Source: Tubulanus polymorphus (lineage: Eukaryota; Animalia; Nemertea). From it: a stretch of 64,000 nucleotides of DNA. The notes under the pieces were generated by a model. The model worked only from the letters and a program-made list of their open reading frames with translations, did not search any database and was not told the DNA's origin. This document shows, one piece after another, positions 13,512 through 26,700 of this stretch. The position numbers and the translations under genes are program-made. The DNA lies in the NCBI RefSeq assembly GCF_964204645.1, contig NC_134029.1, forward strand, positions 5,642,001 through 5,706,000, read 5' to 3'. The number at the start of each line of letters is the position of its first letter. The stretch's first letter is position 1.

Positions 13512-16337
13512 ATGAACAGAAGTAAGGTGAGTGGTCGGAAAACAGTGTGCATGTTTTTCTTAAATTGTCGGTAAAATGAAATAAACCATTTATATAGTCT
13601 TTAGTCAATAGTCTTTAGTAATTCTGAGGGGTAAATATTGCAACAGTTTTCGATACATTTTCCTATTCTCCTAATGATCTATAGATAATGAAAGGTATTT
13701 TCTGGTTATTTCGGAATTTTATTTCCCTCTTGACTGACTCGCCATTCATTTAAAAAGACGTTCATATCAGAGTTTTCTTTCATGGCTGAATTCAGGATTG
13801 AGCGAACACTGCTTTTTTTCTACACGCAACCCTTTTAACAAATAGGATTTACGTAAGCCGTCATTAGTGTTGATGCGTATGATGGCGAAATAATTATGAT
13901 AGAGGATGATTAAATCCCGTTGCGGTTCCCTTGTCATCCGGGATTCAATCTGGCCTATATACGATATGACAGCGTAGTTATATGAAACGTGCCTTTTCGT
14001 CGGATACCTATTTTGAATCATTCACGTTACAAAAATCTCTCCGGAGTCCTATTTGTCATTTTGTATGTGATTTTGTCGAGAAGAAATTAGATATAGGTTA
14101 AACCGTGGCGTAGCGTGTGAAATTTTTCGTTTTCCTTTTTTCGAGTTGGAAAAAGTGAATAATGTTTAATATTTACTGAATGAATATCCAATATCGCGCT
14201 TCTGTATGCTGAGTTCATTTACAGTATAAAAGCGATTAAAAAACAAGCTTAAAGTAAAATGTATACAGTCGTTTTTTGTGCTTTATAAAGCCTGTTTTCT
14301 AAACGTTCGTAATTGTTTGAAATATATTCTTTTACAAAAGATAAACCGGCACGCTCTACCCCGAGGAAATTGGGTGATTTTATGAACCATTTTAAGGTTT
14401 TTATCAATCCAGTACACATATTTCAATTCGATTCTAATTCCGAAAAAAAGAAGCATTGTCACATTCCGTATAGATGAATATTTTTCTTATAGGTAAATTA
14501 TTATTTTCAGCAAGCTTATGCATAGTTTTGGGTATGGCATGTGGCCAAGACACTTTTCTTACACAAAGTTGATATTCTTAAATTCCAGATGTTGTTTTTT
14601 CATGTATGGAATTTCTTATTTTCATTTACATCGTCTGTGTTCATGAGGTGTGTATTGTTTTCGTGTCGATATTTTCAGGCGAAGAACGCGGAAGCGGTTT
14701 TGCAACGGAAGAGAGAAGCGCACCGACGGAAGAGGCGCCTGGCTTACGTTCCTAAATTTCCGGGGTTGATCAATCAAGCGACCACGGTGCACAACACAAA
14801 CTCGGACTTACACGACGAACTGACGGATTTTCACGCGAGATCGTGTCTGACGGATGAGAGGAGATTGACGATGGAGACAGAATGTCGTGAGATTATTAGA
14901 GCTCTGATGCCGGCGGTGAAGAGAAATACCTTTCATTTGCGCTTCTTTGAAGCGGCGTTGCCAGATTTTAATACGGTTGAAGTACTTGGTGCAACAGAAG
15001 TTGACGTCCTGCTGCCCTTAGAAACGTGCCGACACAAAGTAGAGTATCTAGAACCCGGCTATTCGTCGGTGTTAATCAAAAAACCGCTCGACGAAGATAA
15101 CGAAGAAGGGGGCTGGGCGAACCTGAACGAACTGTTCAAAAAACACCTCTCCAGAGATACAAAATACGTGTCTCCGATACTGGTCGTCAAGGTCGTTCAT
15201 TCGATTCTGACAGCGGCAATCAACAAGGTTTCCGGTACAACTGTCGTATTCGACGAATCATCAAAACAGACGGATCCGTCGACCGCTGCTTGTTTCCGTA
15301 CAGCGAGTGCGAGGTCAAACCTGTCGAGAGCCAGTACAAGAAAAATGACGAAGTCACCAGCAGGAAATAGAAAACCTTCTCTAAAAAGGAACTCTCCTTC
15401 GTGCGTAATAAGAAAGCCCGAAATAGCAAAGCAAGCTACACTCTTCGATAATCATTCTATAATAGCCGACGATGACGTCAATGGAACAGCGAACGATGAC
15501 CTTTCATGCGGAAATGACGTCATGACTAATGACAAAGATGGCCGTCTTGCGGCTTCGGACGATCACAAACAATCACAATTAGATACAACGAAAGGTAACA
15601 CGTTGAAAGTACCCGACATCCAAACGCCTCCGAAAAGTGCGAGCAACCAATCGATTGCTGGCGAAGAAATTACGGTGCCAAGTCCAGAAATTACCCGTCG
15701 ATTAGTTCTCATTGAAAATGTCAGCATATCCGATTTCATCATCGACAAAACGAAAGGCGCGCTGATTCAAATAAAATATCAAAGTATTGTGTTGAATATC
15801 ATTCCCGCTTTACCGATCATAGACGAATTCGGCTCGCACAGTTTTCTCGTTACAAAACCGTTTGAATACGACGCCGTACCGAAATCTCACAAACGTTGGC
15901 GCCATTGCCACTTGCTGAAAGAGCGAAAGCTTTTCCAGGCTATGAAATACGCCGACCAAGGTATCAGGACTCAAGCAGTTGAGGCTATGTACGGTCTGAC
16001 AAGAGTGGACCAAGCTCTTTTCGACATTAGCCCCATATTCATCAAAACGGCGATGTTTCACGCGTTCGACGAAGAGGTGGATATAACACCGCGATGGCAA
16101 CGTCAAGATCTTGAGAGCATATTCAAGACGTTGTTACGTGAACTGTTGAACTATGTAACTACTCAAAATCTACCGAGCTTTTTCGAGCGCGGACACAATC
16201 TAATTAGCGGTTTTCAAACTAATAACCTTGTTCGTGTTCGCAGTCGCTTGGCCCTACTGTGTAGTAGCGAAGCAGCTCTTAGGCGTGCTCTAAAGGCTAG
16301 ATTAATAGACAAATTTCAGCAAGTATCTGTCATCTAA
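13512..16337 (+). CDS. Mab-21/cGAS-like nucleotidyltransferase-fold protein (cGLR/MB21D-like), about 557 aa, probably catalytically degenerate
   Basis: Putative exon 1 13512-13526 (caacaATG, MNRSK|gtgagt, phase 0) joins exon 2 14679-16337 (attttcag|AKNAE, phase 0). Mab-21 family motifs: VEVLGATEVDVLLPL, PGY, YVSP, LNIIPAL, FLVTKP, RWRHCHLLKERKLF, DQGIR, FIKTAMFH, W....L, LPSFFERGHNLI. Exon 1 is less certain than exon 2. Confidence 0.85.
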
Positions 16338-16739
16338 ACGCAAGCAAATATAACACGCAGTCATTTCATTAAGCGAGTCGTCGTATTTCCTTGTTAGCTG
16401 TCATTTTGCAGACGCTTCACGTCATATCATAAGCACCCAGTTCATTTTATTTTTAATCATTTTTGCATCTAGTGTAAATTGGAGTAAATGTGCATTTCTT
16501 ACATGTAATTCCGGTAACTTCGTCAGAAATAAATCTAGAATCAATTGAAGCTATGAGTTGCATGCCAGGAAAATATTGCAGCTTGTTGCGTAAAAAAAGA
16601 TCAACTTCTCCCTATAAACAAAAGACTTCCAGCTTGTCTTCATATACCTGTTGACCCGCGGGTGCAGTTTCGTTGAGCTAATCACGATCATTGGTTGTTG
16701 AAGTCATTGAAAATGGGTTGGAAAATGGATTCTAAAGCG

Positions 16740-19700
16740 ATCTAGTTACACTTAATTTTCATCAATTTATTGTCTTGAAAGCTTCAGAAATTATTTCGCA
16801 GATTATTGGATATTAGAAGACAATCTTTCTGACTGGCGCATCTTTCTGAATAAGACGGATATATACTTTGTACGTAATTCCTAAGTAGCTGGTGGTAAAA
16901 ACGATCTGGCTCTCGCTGCGGAAAGACGATTTAAATCATCGTCTGCCCCACATGTTCATTAGTTGGTTTATTGGCTGAAAGCAATATCCGGTAATCAAAA
17001 TGATCCTCAATTTCTCGGCCAAATTCGTCTAGACAAAGATTTTTCGACTACTACGTCTACAAGGTTAAGTGGGTTCAGCTCGTCAAATATACCCCAATTC
17101 TTCCTTAATTTTGATGGATCACGCACCATCGAGCTGTCCCATCGGCGTCGTTGTAATCATTCGGAAATACACGCTCCAAATTCGGAATATTTTCAGACAA
17201 TGTGGCGCTAACGTATGGTAGCATCCTTGGGACATTATCATTTTGTTACTTTTTTGCCCACAGAAATATCATTTAGTTGAATAGAAATTTAATTTTATAT
17301 TTGATTTCATGTTTTTTTCGAACTGCGGTCATTTAAATCCGACTTTTTATCTCGCAATTACACCATACATTTTTTTCTAATTTGTGTTTTTTTCGACCGG
17401 CAAATATCGGAGAAAATATTCATGTCCCCAGGACGCTCCCGTGCAGGCGTAAGCACGGCGATTGCTATGCGAGCGCAAACAGTCGGATACTCCAAGATGC
17501 GAGTTAGTTAAGAAGATTCGTTTCATAGGTACTTTCAATGATATATTATGTATCGGGATTTGCACTAATTAACGTGAATATCATGTATAGATTCATATAA
17601 CGGTCGAGCTGCGCAGCTGTTCCAATCTCAATCAGAGTCTACTCTATATCCTGCATAATTATATTCTGACGGATTTTATTCTCGTTGCGTGGTTTCGAAT
17701 CGTAAGCGGCGGATCAAAATCGAAATGGTTCGACGGCGTAACCCAATCTTATCGGTGGCAGCTGGGGAAATATGAACGCGAGTTTATGGCAAATATAACA
17801 CCGGTTAGGATGTTCCAGTGGTACCCTTAACACGTTTAGGCTATCAAAATCTGCCTCTGATAAGTAAGCTTCTGAAATCGTTTCTCGTTCGTGAATAAAG
17901 GAATACATTTTTCGAAAGTTCTTTTCGACATTAGAAAATCTTCGAAATCGCCATTAAATTCACGAATAAGTATCTTACTTTTATCGCGCGCATTTATTTA
18001 GCATCTTTAAGTCTTTAACCGCGTGTTCTCGTTTCGATTCGCCAAAAATAAATACTGACGAGCAACTACTTGAAAGTCTGTGCCTGAAGGAATTCGTCTT
18101 TCAATTTTCTGATTACTCGAAACGAGACGGCAACCCACTTGTCAGAAGCGCGGGAAATCAACTAGGGAAGATGACTTCCGCTCTAAACTTAGCTATATGG
18201 AATGTCGGGGTGGCTGTCATCGTGAAAAAGAGCCAGGTTTTCAGAACATAGAATCGTTAAGAACCTTTTATCGTCCCACCATGGTCTTATCTTATCAGTT
18301 GGAAACGCTGGTCTTGGTCTAATCCTTGACTCATTGGCTCCATGGATAGAATAATAGCAAATAAACGATGTCAAATCATTGTGATTTTTCTTAGTTTCAC
18401 TGCGTGTCGAGAGCAGCTGTAACCGTGAAAATTCTTGGCTGACTGTTCGAGGAAATTGACTTCGTTTGTGATCAATTGCTATTAACTTGTTCAGTTTAAA
18501 GCGTTTACGTCTGAACTAATTCAAAGTGAATTTAACTACGTTCCCCACAGGAAATCCTGCTCTTCACACGCGTTCGATCAAAAATGTGACATCGTCAAAG
18601 AATGAACAGTGGATCGAGTTTCACTACAAGGACTAACTCCTGGATCGATTCAAGATCAAACGGGAAAACAAAGAAATTAAATCGATTTATTTACTTTTTT
18701 GCTTAACTAGACCTGGTGACCATCCAGGTTCCGGGTATATACCCTAAGGGTGGTTTAGTTTAGCTCATAACATCTATAAGTATGCCATACGACCTGCGAT
18801 CTAATTTTCTGATCACGCCACTTCCAATTACCAGTCATTTACCAGCAAATGTAGACTTCAGGGAAATACCATCAAATTACAATCGATATTTGCTGACCGC
18901 TTCGTTTGTCCAGACGGGAAACCGCCATTCCTTGTGTTGACTTCAGTTTCCCTTTGGACAGAAATTGTATATCTAATCGCCTACCGATTAATGATGGTTT
19001 AAGTTATCAGCGTGTACAAAAATGGACAACTTTTTGTATACTACCGTAGTTAAGTAAGACTTCTTATCGAACCTCGAAACACCCTGCAAGGCTTTGCGAT
19101 CTATATGGGTGTAATTTCTCTCCGACAAAAGTCTGCCTCTCAGCCTGAAGGAAATACAGACGAATCATACGTCGGAAAAATTCGATAGCGCCCTCAGATT
19201 CTTATCAATAAACGACAATATGCATCCATGACACGGCGATTTTAGGTTTATTAGCGTCAGAAAGGATTTGCTTTTAACATTCACTTGTGGTTTTTCTTGG
19301 TAATTGCAGCCGGATAAGTCTTGCTTGCTTTCTAATAATATACCCATTCCGTCTAAGTTAATTTTCTTTTTGTTCAATATTGTAAATAGGCACCGTATAA
19401 ATACTTAGTAAATTTGCCGATGCCATCGACGTCCACAGGCAGCAATTCAGATGAAATTTCCGCTTCGAACAACCATTTGTCACTTGTCGTATTTAGCCAG
19501 AAGGAATAGATGTTGAAAGGTTTCATTAACCCACTTTACAGTAGAAATGCGAGTACATATTTCAGGATGTATTATACCGGTACATGAAACAGCTTAATTC
19601 AACGATCATCCCTCAAAACCGGCGTTATACTCCAAAATCCCATACCCGCAGTTACACGCGGTTATTACCACGATTGTAGCCATTTTCAGATCACTCACAT

Positions 19701-20243
19701 TAGGTATTTATACAGTTCGTAGGTTTTTAGGCTTTAACAGACAATATGCTAGATTAATCTCATATTCGTCCCATCTTCATGCCATCAGAAATTAATCATT
19801 GGTGAATGCTGATGAAAATAATCCGTTCCGGGAACGCAGGGTATATTCAATGACATCGTTGAGACCGCACCGTCACGAGACGACGTGTCGATAATCTGGA
19901 CTATTACAAAGTCAGGCGGCGTGCCGATATTGATCGAATCCATTATCAGACATTTCCATTTAAACTTCCAAACTTTTGTAGGAACGGAAGTTGTGTTATA
20001 TAGAAAGATGAAATGACCACATTTCATTGAAAATGAACGATGATATATCGAAGGACTTTTCGATTTCGGAAACTTATTCAATGGTGGACAAGTCACGCAG
20101 GTAGGAGCCTGCCTGGCCGTTATCTTCTTGAAGCCTATTGGGGTTCTTCGTCTGACGTCACAACGCGTCATATTGGTCACATTGGTCATCAGGAGCAAGC
20201 AGCATATTAGATTTAGGTCACAATTGGATGCCATTACGGCCAA
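16740..20243 (-). pseudogene. Decayed intronless LRR receptor, probably Toll-like (signal peptide-LRRs-LRRCT-TM-TIR-like)
   Basis: Minus-strand fragments in shifting frames, in the expected order: hydrophobic leader MASNCDLNLICCLLLMT (~20234); LRR-like SFLTLINLKS..GCILSFIDKNLRALSN (~19270-19180), NYTHIDRKALQGVSR (~19116-19070), LESIQELVL (~18650), LNKLIAIDHKRSQFPRTVSQEFSRLQLL...NDLTSFI (~18494-18360); TM-like TVCARIAIAVLT (~17490-17450); weakly TIR-like YNDAD..RW..KIKEELGY and EKLRIILITGY (~17160-16980). Many stops and frameshifts; boundaries approximate. Confidence 0.55.
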
Positions 20244-20305
20244 TACGACGTGAACAATCCGCGTGAAGGTTTTTGATGCTCAGCTGGAATCGCGTGTAGA
20301 TTGAA

Positions 20306-20360
20306 TACCCACTCTTTCGACCTATTGAAAAAATACCCATTCTTTCGACCTATTGAAAAA
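20306..20360. repeat. 28-bp tandem duplication
   Basis: tacccactctttcgacctattgaaaaaa followed by tacccattctttcgacctattgaaaaaa. Confidence 0.9.
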
Positions 20361-21237
20361 AGCCGTCGTTCTAAAGCCAGTAAGTGACGTCAACCATCGC
20401 TGCATTCAGAATGTAGCACGACTGAAGTTAATGATACGACTGGGGGTTGATTCTCGATCTTGGATACTCGCTTTATGTTAGATATTTCTGATGACTATAA
20501 AACTTGTGTTCATGCTTTGAGTTGTTCTTTACAACTTAAGCATCATCATGCGACAGAGTAGCGTGTGATCAGCATTCGTTTACCGTGCTGCGATCTGACT
20601 CTCTATAACGGGGCTTCTTTCTTCGTCATCACCCAAAAATTGATTGTGTTAAGTTCTATAGGAAACTTAAGCGTCAAAAACGCTCCCAAATGGTTCTACA
20701 ATTATTCGCTTACATAGCAAGATGTCGAACTCGGTTTATCAATGGGCCTCTCTCGGGAAGAGGCAAAAACTACCCACACCTAATGCGTGATCTGAAAAAA
20801 AGAATTCCCTTTCTTTAGTCATCGTTTATTTGCTTAAAACATAAAAGGATAGATTGCGTTTTAAATGTTCTGCGTTCGTGATCTGAGTGAAGAGAATTGT
20901 TTTTAGTTTCGTAAACATTTTCAATAAACTTTTCATTCTGTATTCCGCGTGAGTACTATCGTAAATGAATTGATATAATTTTTGAATCGAGAACATAATT
21001 TGATTAGTAACTGCGTGTAATTAATGCGTTCTGGAGATAAACATCAAAGTTGGAATTTGTGTAAGTTGATTACAGTCTATTTGCTGAACGAATGAAAGCA
21101 ACTCTTTTGCTTTTTGTGTTATCGCATCCCACTGAAGACCATAATCAACTATTTCGTTACTTTGGAAGCATAATTCGTGTAGTTCTACAAATACGCCCTG
21201 CATTTCGACTCAATTGAAATGAGGTACGCCCGTTTGA

Positions 21238-22145
21238 TTATTTAAGAATATTCACGAAAACGCTGCTGACTTCCCTACCTACTAAGAGATATATACATAG
21301 AAGTTTACGCTATAATTGAAGCTTTGAAGAAGTGAGAGCCCGGCGTGCAAATTATCCTGAAGATCGATGGGCATCGGAATCAAGTATGCTAAAGCAGAAG
21401 TCAAAGTGGCAACAACGAATACCCCGGTGACCGTTACATGACTGTCGATTGGTGCATTTTCACCGATTTGTTTCCTGTAGCGCTGGAGCCGAAATGGCGA
21501 TTACTGAGCAATTTCACGATAATGATAACGTTGAAGACTGCTGTGAGTGTAGTGGGCAGTCTAAACAGATATATAGGTCCGAATATGAAAATGACGTAAC
21601 CGTCAGTTGCTAACGAATATTGACATCCATCGTTCTTCTCCGAGAAGCGCATCAGCTTGACAGACCCCGCCGTTCATAAGCGCCGCCGTGAGAAGTATTA
21701 ATCTGGCGAATCTTGGCGTGCAGATGATTTGGGCCGAAACAACACGATCATCAGTCTCTCAAACCCGATCACAACTACTGGCCAAGAACTAAAGAATACA
21801 CGAAACAAACGATATACTAAACTCGTCAAGTGAACACTGGGCAAGGCTTGACACGTTTATGGCCGGGATACCTCCGTCCATACTTGATAGATAGTACACA
21901 CTCAGCAAAAGGCAAAATCCGATCAAAGTGCCGAAATCTGAAAGAGCTAACGCGGCGAGATAATTAAAATACGAAATCATGACTAGAAAACTTAAAACGA
22001 CGGCTCCGAATGTGAATATAACAAACGAGGAAACTAGCCAAATAACCGGACTTCCGGGTCGGTTAGAAACGCTTGTGAGTATTAATGACGAGACGTAAGC
22101 AGGAAGCAAGCTTTCGCCTTTTACCGTAACCGAAGACGAATTCAT
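21238..22145 (-). pseudogene. Intronless class A GPCR pseudogene, FMRFamide/sex-peptide-receptor-like (GPR139/142-like group)
   Basis: All seven TMs are recoverable across at least 4 frameshifts: TM1 SFVIFTFGAVVLSFLVM, TM2 YLAALALSDFGTL, ECL1 Cys, TM3 SSWPVVVIGFERLMIVLF, ICL2 AQIICTPRFARLILL, TM5 LPTTLTAVFNVIIIVKL, TM6 MLTVTGVFVVATL, TM7 SFNYSVNFYVY..LLVGREV. ICL1 appears deleted. Confidence 0.85.
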
Positions 22146-23762
22146 CTAGTATCTAAACCTGTCACTGTCACTGTAAATGTAGTTATGTAGCACCATACAA
22201 CTCCTGCTTTTCAACCTATTCATGAGCGAAATTGCAGAAAATGAAAAAATCGATTTGAAATGAGTAAACATATTTTGCGACTATGTTCAGTTCATAAAAG
22301 CACATTGAAAGTCTGCTAGAAATAAGTCATTGTTAGATACAATATCAAATTTCATTCCTTCATTTCATTTCATTCCTCTCCGTTAAATTCTATATGGTCG
22401 ATTCTTCTCTAATTAAATCTCAAATTTCCACCCAACCCGCGCGACTTTCAGATATTCTAACTAATTGAAATAATTCAGATGGAAAGATGAAACCGTTTTT
22501 GTGTCAATTCGCGGAGCATGGGTCTTATCGCTTTAGACAATACAGTCTAACTTAATGTACAATAAAGATAATATATTTCCAATTCCGCCCATTAAAACAG
22601 CATTTCTTCTTTTGAAATGAGACATTGTTGAACTGTAGGAGAACTGATGACCGCTTTGAGCGCGGACCAACCGTACACGGGTGCCAAATGGGCTCGTGCC
22701 TGTTTGGCCCAACCAAAAACGAGCCTAATTTTAGCACGGTTTAAATCATTGCGTGTGTATAGTATTGCAACTGGTTCCGGAAGTGGCGCAATTCGCTTCG
22801 TCACGAATACTAATTATCAAGGCTAACTAGAAGATAAGAGTCGACCTTCGTAATCTGTGCATTTAAATTGGTTATAAGATTTTTCACTTGATTCCCTATT
22901 ATAAATCCTTGCTCACATGTTTACCAATATCTAACTATGTATCTACGTACTGTACGACGTAGATAATCTATTTCTTTTTATGTACTGCAACACTCGATTT
23001 GTCTTTCGTATTAAGACCACGAGCGTGTCGAATAAAGTTAAGTATATTTAGATTAAATACGCGGCATTGTTTAGCATTGAGCAAGCGGTTTACGTGTGAA
23101 CACGCGATCTGGTCCAATTTGGCCCGGATCAAATCGCCTCCGTGTGATCGAGGCTCCGATCTTTCAGCCAGATTTGCTGCACAATTCGGTTGCCAAAACA
23201 TTTCAGTTAGTTCGTCTGCTGCTATGTACGGAAGCGTACACAAACAAAACATAAATATGGCGACTTCTCGAGTAGGAACGCGACAACTTGAGGCCCTTTA
23301 TCGCTTCCGTAGCTATGACTTAGCGCGGCACTTTGTTTCGTCAACGCGGAGAGAATCTGGCGTCATTCGATCGTATCGGAAATAAGTCTGCATGATCAGT
23401 TGGATACTGTAAGCGGATGTAAGCTACACACGTGTTATTAGTTATAAAGCGGATTATATGCTAAAACTATTTATTTATAAGACAATATCTGTGGAAAGCC
23501 AAATAGCCGGTCAACATATTGCGACCGAGCTGAATCTTAGCGAGATAAATCGCCTAAAATTGCGAAAATCTCAAAGGGAGGAACATAGATGAGGACGATT
23601 GCAGCGACACAAGTTTCGGCATTTCTACGCATCTGTACAATTTATTGCTGTATTCATCAAACGGATATTAAATAGTACTTTTGAAGAAGTTAATGTTGAT
23701 GTTTATAGTGTGTTTTGATTTCTCTAAGCTATTGCAAACGGTACAAGTATCATTGAATTACA

Positions 23763-26700
23763 ATGGCGCACAACAGCACGGCTGCAACGGAATATACTAA
23801 CTTGAATAATTCGGCAGATCACTGCAAAAACAGTTCTTGTCATTCGATAAAAAATTCACCGCTCGCCATGGCAGAAATGATAGGAATTGCGGTTGCTTTC
23901 ATAGTCGTCGGAGTGATCGGAATCGTCGGTAATTTGCTAGTTATTTACGCCATTCTATCGGACAAAAAGATGCGTAGTTCGGCGACAAATTTGTTCATAA
24001 TGAACTTGGCAATTGCCGATCTGATGTTAATGATATTCACAGTCCCAGAGATCGTTATGTTTCTGATTAATGACGGTTGGATGATGGGTCTGGTCATGTG
24101 TAAACTGGAACGATTCGTGCTCGTTTTGGCTGCTTATTCTTCCGTTCTAACTCTAGTGTCCGTCTGTGTAGAAAGGTAAGTTAGAAATGCGTAAGCGCTC
24201 GCTAGTATACGGGAAGTAAAGTTGAACTTTCTTCCAGTTGTCAGTAACCGGTTCCACTGTCGAAACTCGAAATATGACCTACCTGGGCTCACTTATACAT
24301 TTGTTATATCTAATCTAATAGATTAAGAATAGTAACAGAAATTCGAAATATCAATCGTTTTGGTAAGATATCCTTTACTCTTACATAAAGGATATTTTTT
24401 GGTTGTTTATATGTTTTCTCGTTGACATTCAAACGTTCAAACATTGACAACGTTCTTAATATGGAAAATTCTCATGTCATCGTGAAAAATGTCCTATGCA
24501 TTGTCGTCCCAGTGTGCATGAATTAACATGAATGTACACCAAAATTTGACAACACAGTTACATCGATGCCCTCCCAAACGACCTTTTTAGCCTATATACA
24601 GTCTACAAGCTTTAATATATCTACGGTGTTCAAAAACGAATGCAGTGAATTCTAATCTCAACAAAAATGCTCACAAAATAGTTTTTTTATCTATAACTAT
24701 ATATAAATGGAACAGATTCATTTAGATTACATTCGCGATATAATACCACTGTCTGTTTGTAGATACTCAAAGTGTCCCAAGATTTCGCAAAAGGTTTTGC
24801 TTTTTTGGGATGATTCATTAGTAGTTCCATCGTCTGGTATTAATTTTTCTGTGATTTCCAGATGACTTTAACGTCAAAACTTTCAAGATGGCTTTTTAAC
24901 ATTTCTTTCAAGATAACGTCACTCACAGCTTTGACTTTCTCTTCTTGTTACTGGAATCAATTCCGAGTAAAGATTCACGTAACATATACATGTATGCCGG
25001 TATAAATGTTATTCGTCTATAAATAGAAGTTCCTCGAGTAGAAGTGTTAATACCCATAACAAAGCAGTCTCTGATGGGGACTGAATGTGTGTAGAATACA
25101 TCACTCACGTTTAGTTTTATAGCCATCTATAATTTGAAAAAAAAATTCTCGAAGCAACATCGCGGTAACGATTACCGTTTTCATTTCACAAAAGAGTTTT
25201 TAAAGAACGTTGTGTTTATTGTGTTATTTGTACAGAAAGCCGTCATATTTGCAGATATTGAAAATAATATCGAATTTCGAAAATACAAAAAGGAAATATT
25301 GTCGTTGTCATAATAAAGCGTAAGAGTGCGCTTACAGCTATGCTAACTGGAAACCACTCGTTAAAACCAGACTTAACTATACTTCCGAGTATAGTGTTGA
25401 ATATTAGACGTCCCTAATGAGGAAAAAGCGATGATGGGTCCCATAGGCTATATGGAAAACATACCGTCATACATATTGATAAATGATCGAATGCATTTTA
25501 TACGTTAAGCACCATCACGTATCAAGCCACCCATAGGGCAATGTATTCGTTGGTTCATGCATGTTTGCAATAATCATTTTGACTGATACTCCCAAGATCC
25601 TACCGATCATTCGTGGTAGTCATGGTTATACCTTAACGATGAATTTAATGAAAATGTAAATACAATTCCATTTCGTGTTAACTCACGTTTTACCTTTCCA
25701 TAGTTGTCTAATAAGATTTGAATATTTCATTGTATCTACTCGTTAAACTATCGATTCATTCGTTTAAGAGTTGGTGGTTAAACCGAACAACGGTTGTATT
25801 GAAGTAGTTAAACGAAACTCTGCTGTGGCAATCGAGGATTCACCGGGTGTGCTAGTCGGTTTTCCACGCGTAGATTTAATCACTCAAATTCAATTAAAAC
25901 CCATTAAAATCAACACTTATTCACTATCGAATGGCAGGTGCATCACGAAGGGGCTCTAAAGGTCCTCAGATTGCATGCGGAACCTTCTTATGATGAATCC
26001 GCCCTTTAGTTTCGTTATAGGGTGTAATGACACGATATACGATATAACATTGACATAACATGTCAATGTTTTATGAAAAATTTATCTTAATCTATCAAAA
26101 ATCCGAATTTTCGATTGTTAACATCGTTTTCTGGACTGATCTTTAGTGTTTTAGTGTTCAGTGTTTTAATAAATTTTAACTCGTCGCCGATATTTAAAAT
26201 CACGTTGTAGTTATTTGATAGTGGCATTGAGACTTTTACAGCAGCTATAAAGTATAATATACTATTTCTGATTTACATCGTCAAAAGTTTCAGCAATGAT
26301 CTGTATATACCCCCCATACATAACAACTCGTTCGCCTCGTTAATTGCTGAAAGATAAGTATCACTTAAGCTTAATATTTGCACAAACCGCCTCGTTGATC
26401 TTCCCAGGAAGGTGCTTCACAGCACTCATTCCTGGAAACTAAAAAATCCGTCTATATCACTAACATGCAGTGACGTATCTACAAATACCTCGATATAAAA
26501 GTTTGATATTACATGGAAATCAACTGTCCCCTTCCCACATCCCCTCGAAATAGAACATCCGAATATGTACATTATTCTATATTCTACGAAGGAGGCTTTG
26601 TCTCAGTGATTTTTACTAGATAAGATGTTAGGTATTGCTTTGGTGATGAGACTTCAATGACTGTTGTCGTTCAACATTCTATCTACATAAGCTCATTAAA

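Noticed and set aside
14541-14678. N-terminal 46 aa of the 598-aa ORF (hydrophobic, GTG start)
   Set aside because: T-rich intronic polypyrimidine tract ending in attttcag at 14678; not a real TM segment or start.
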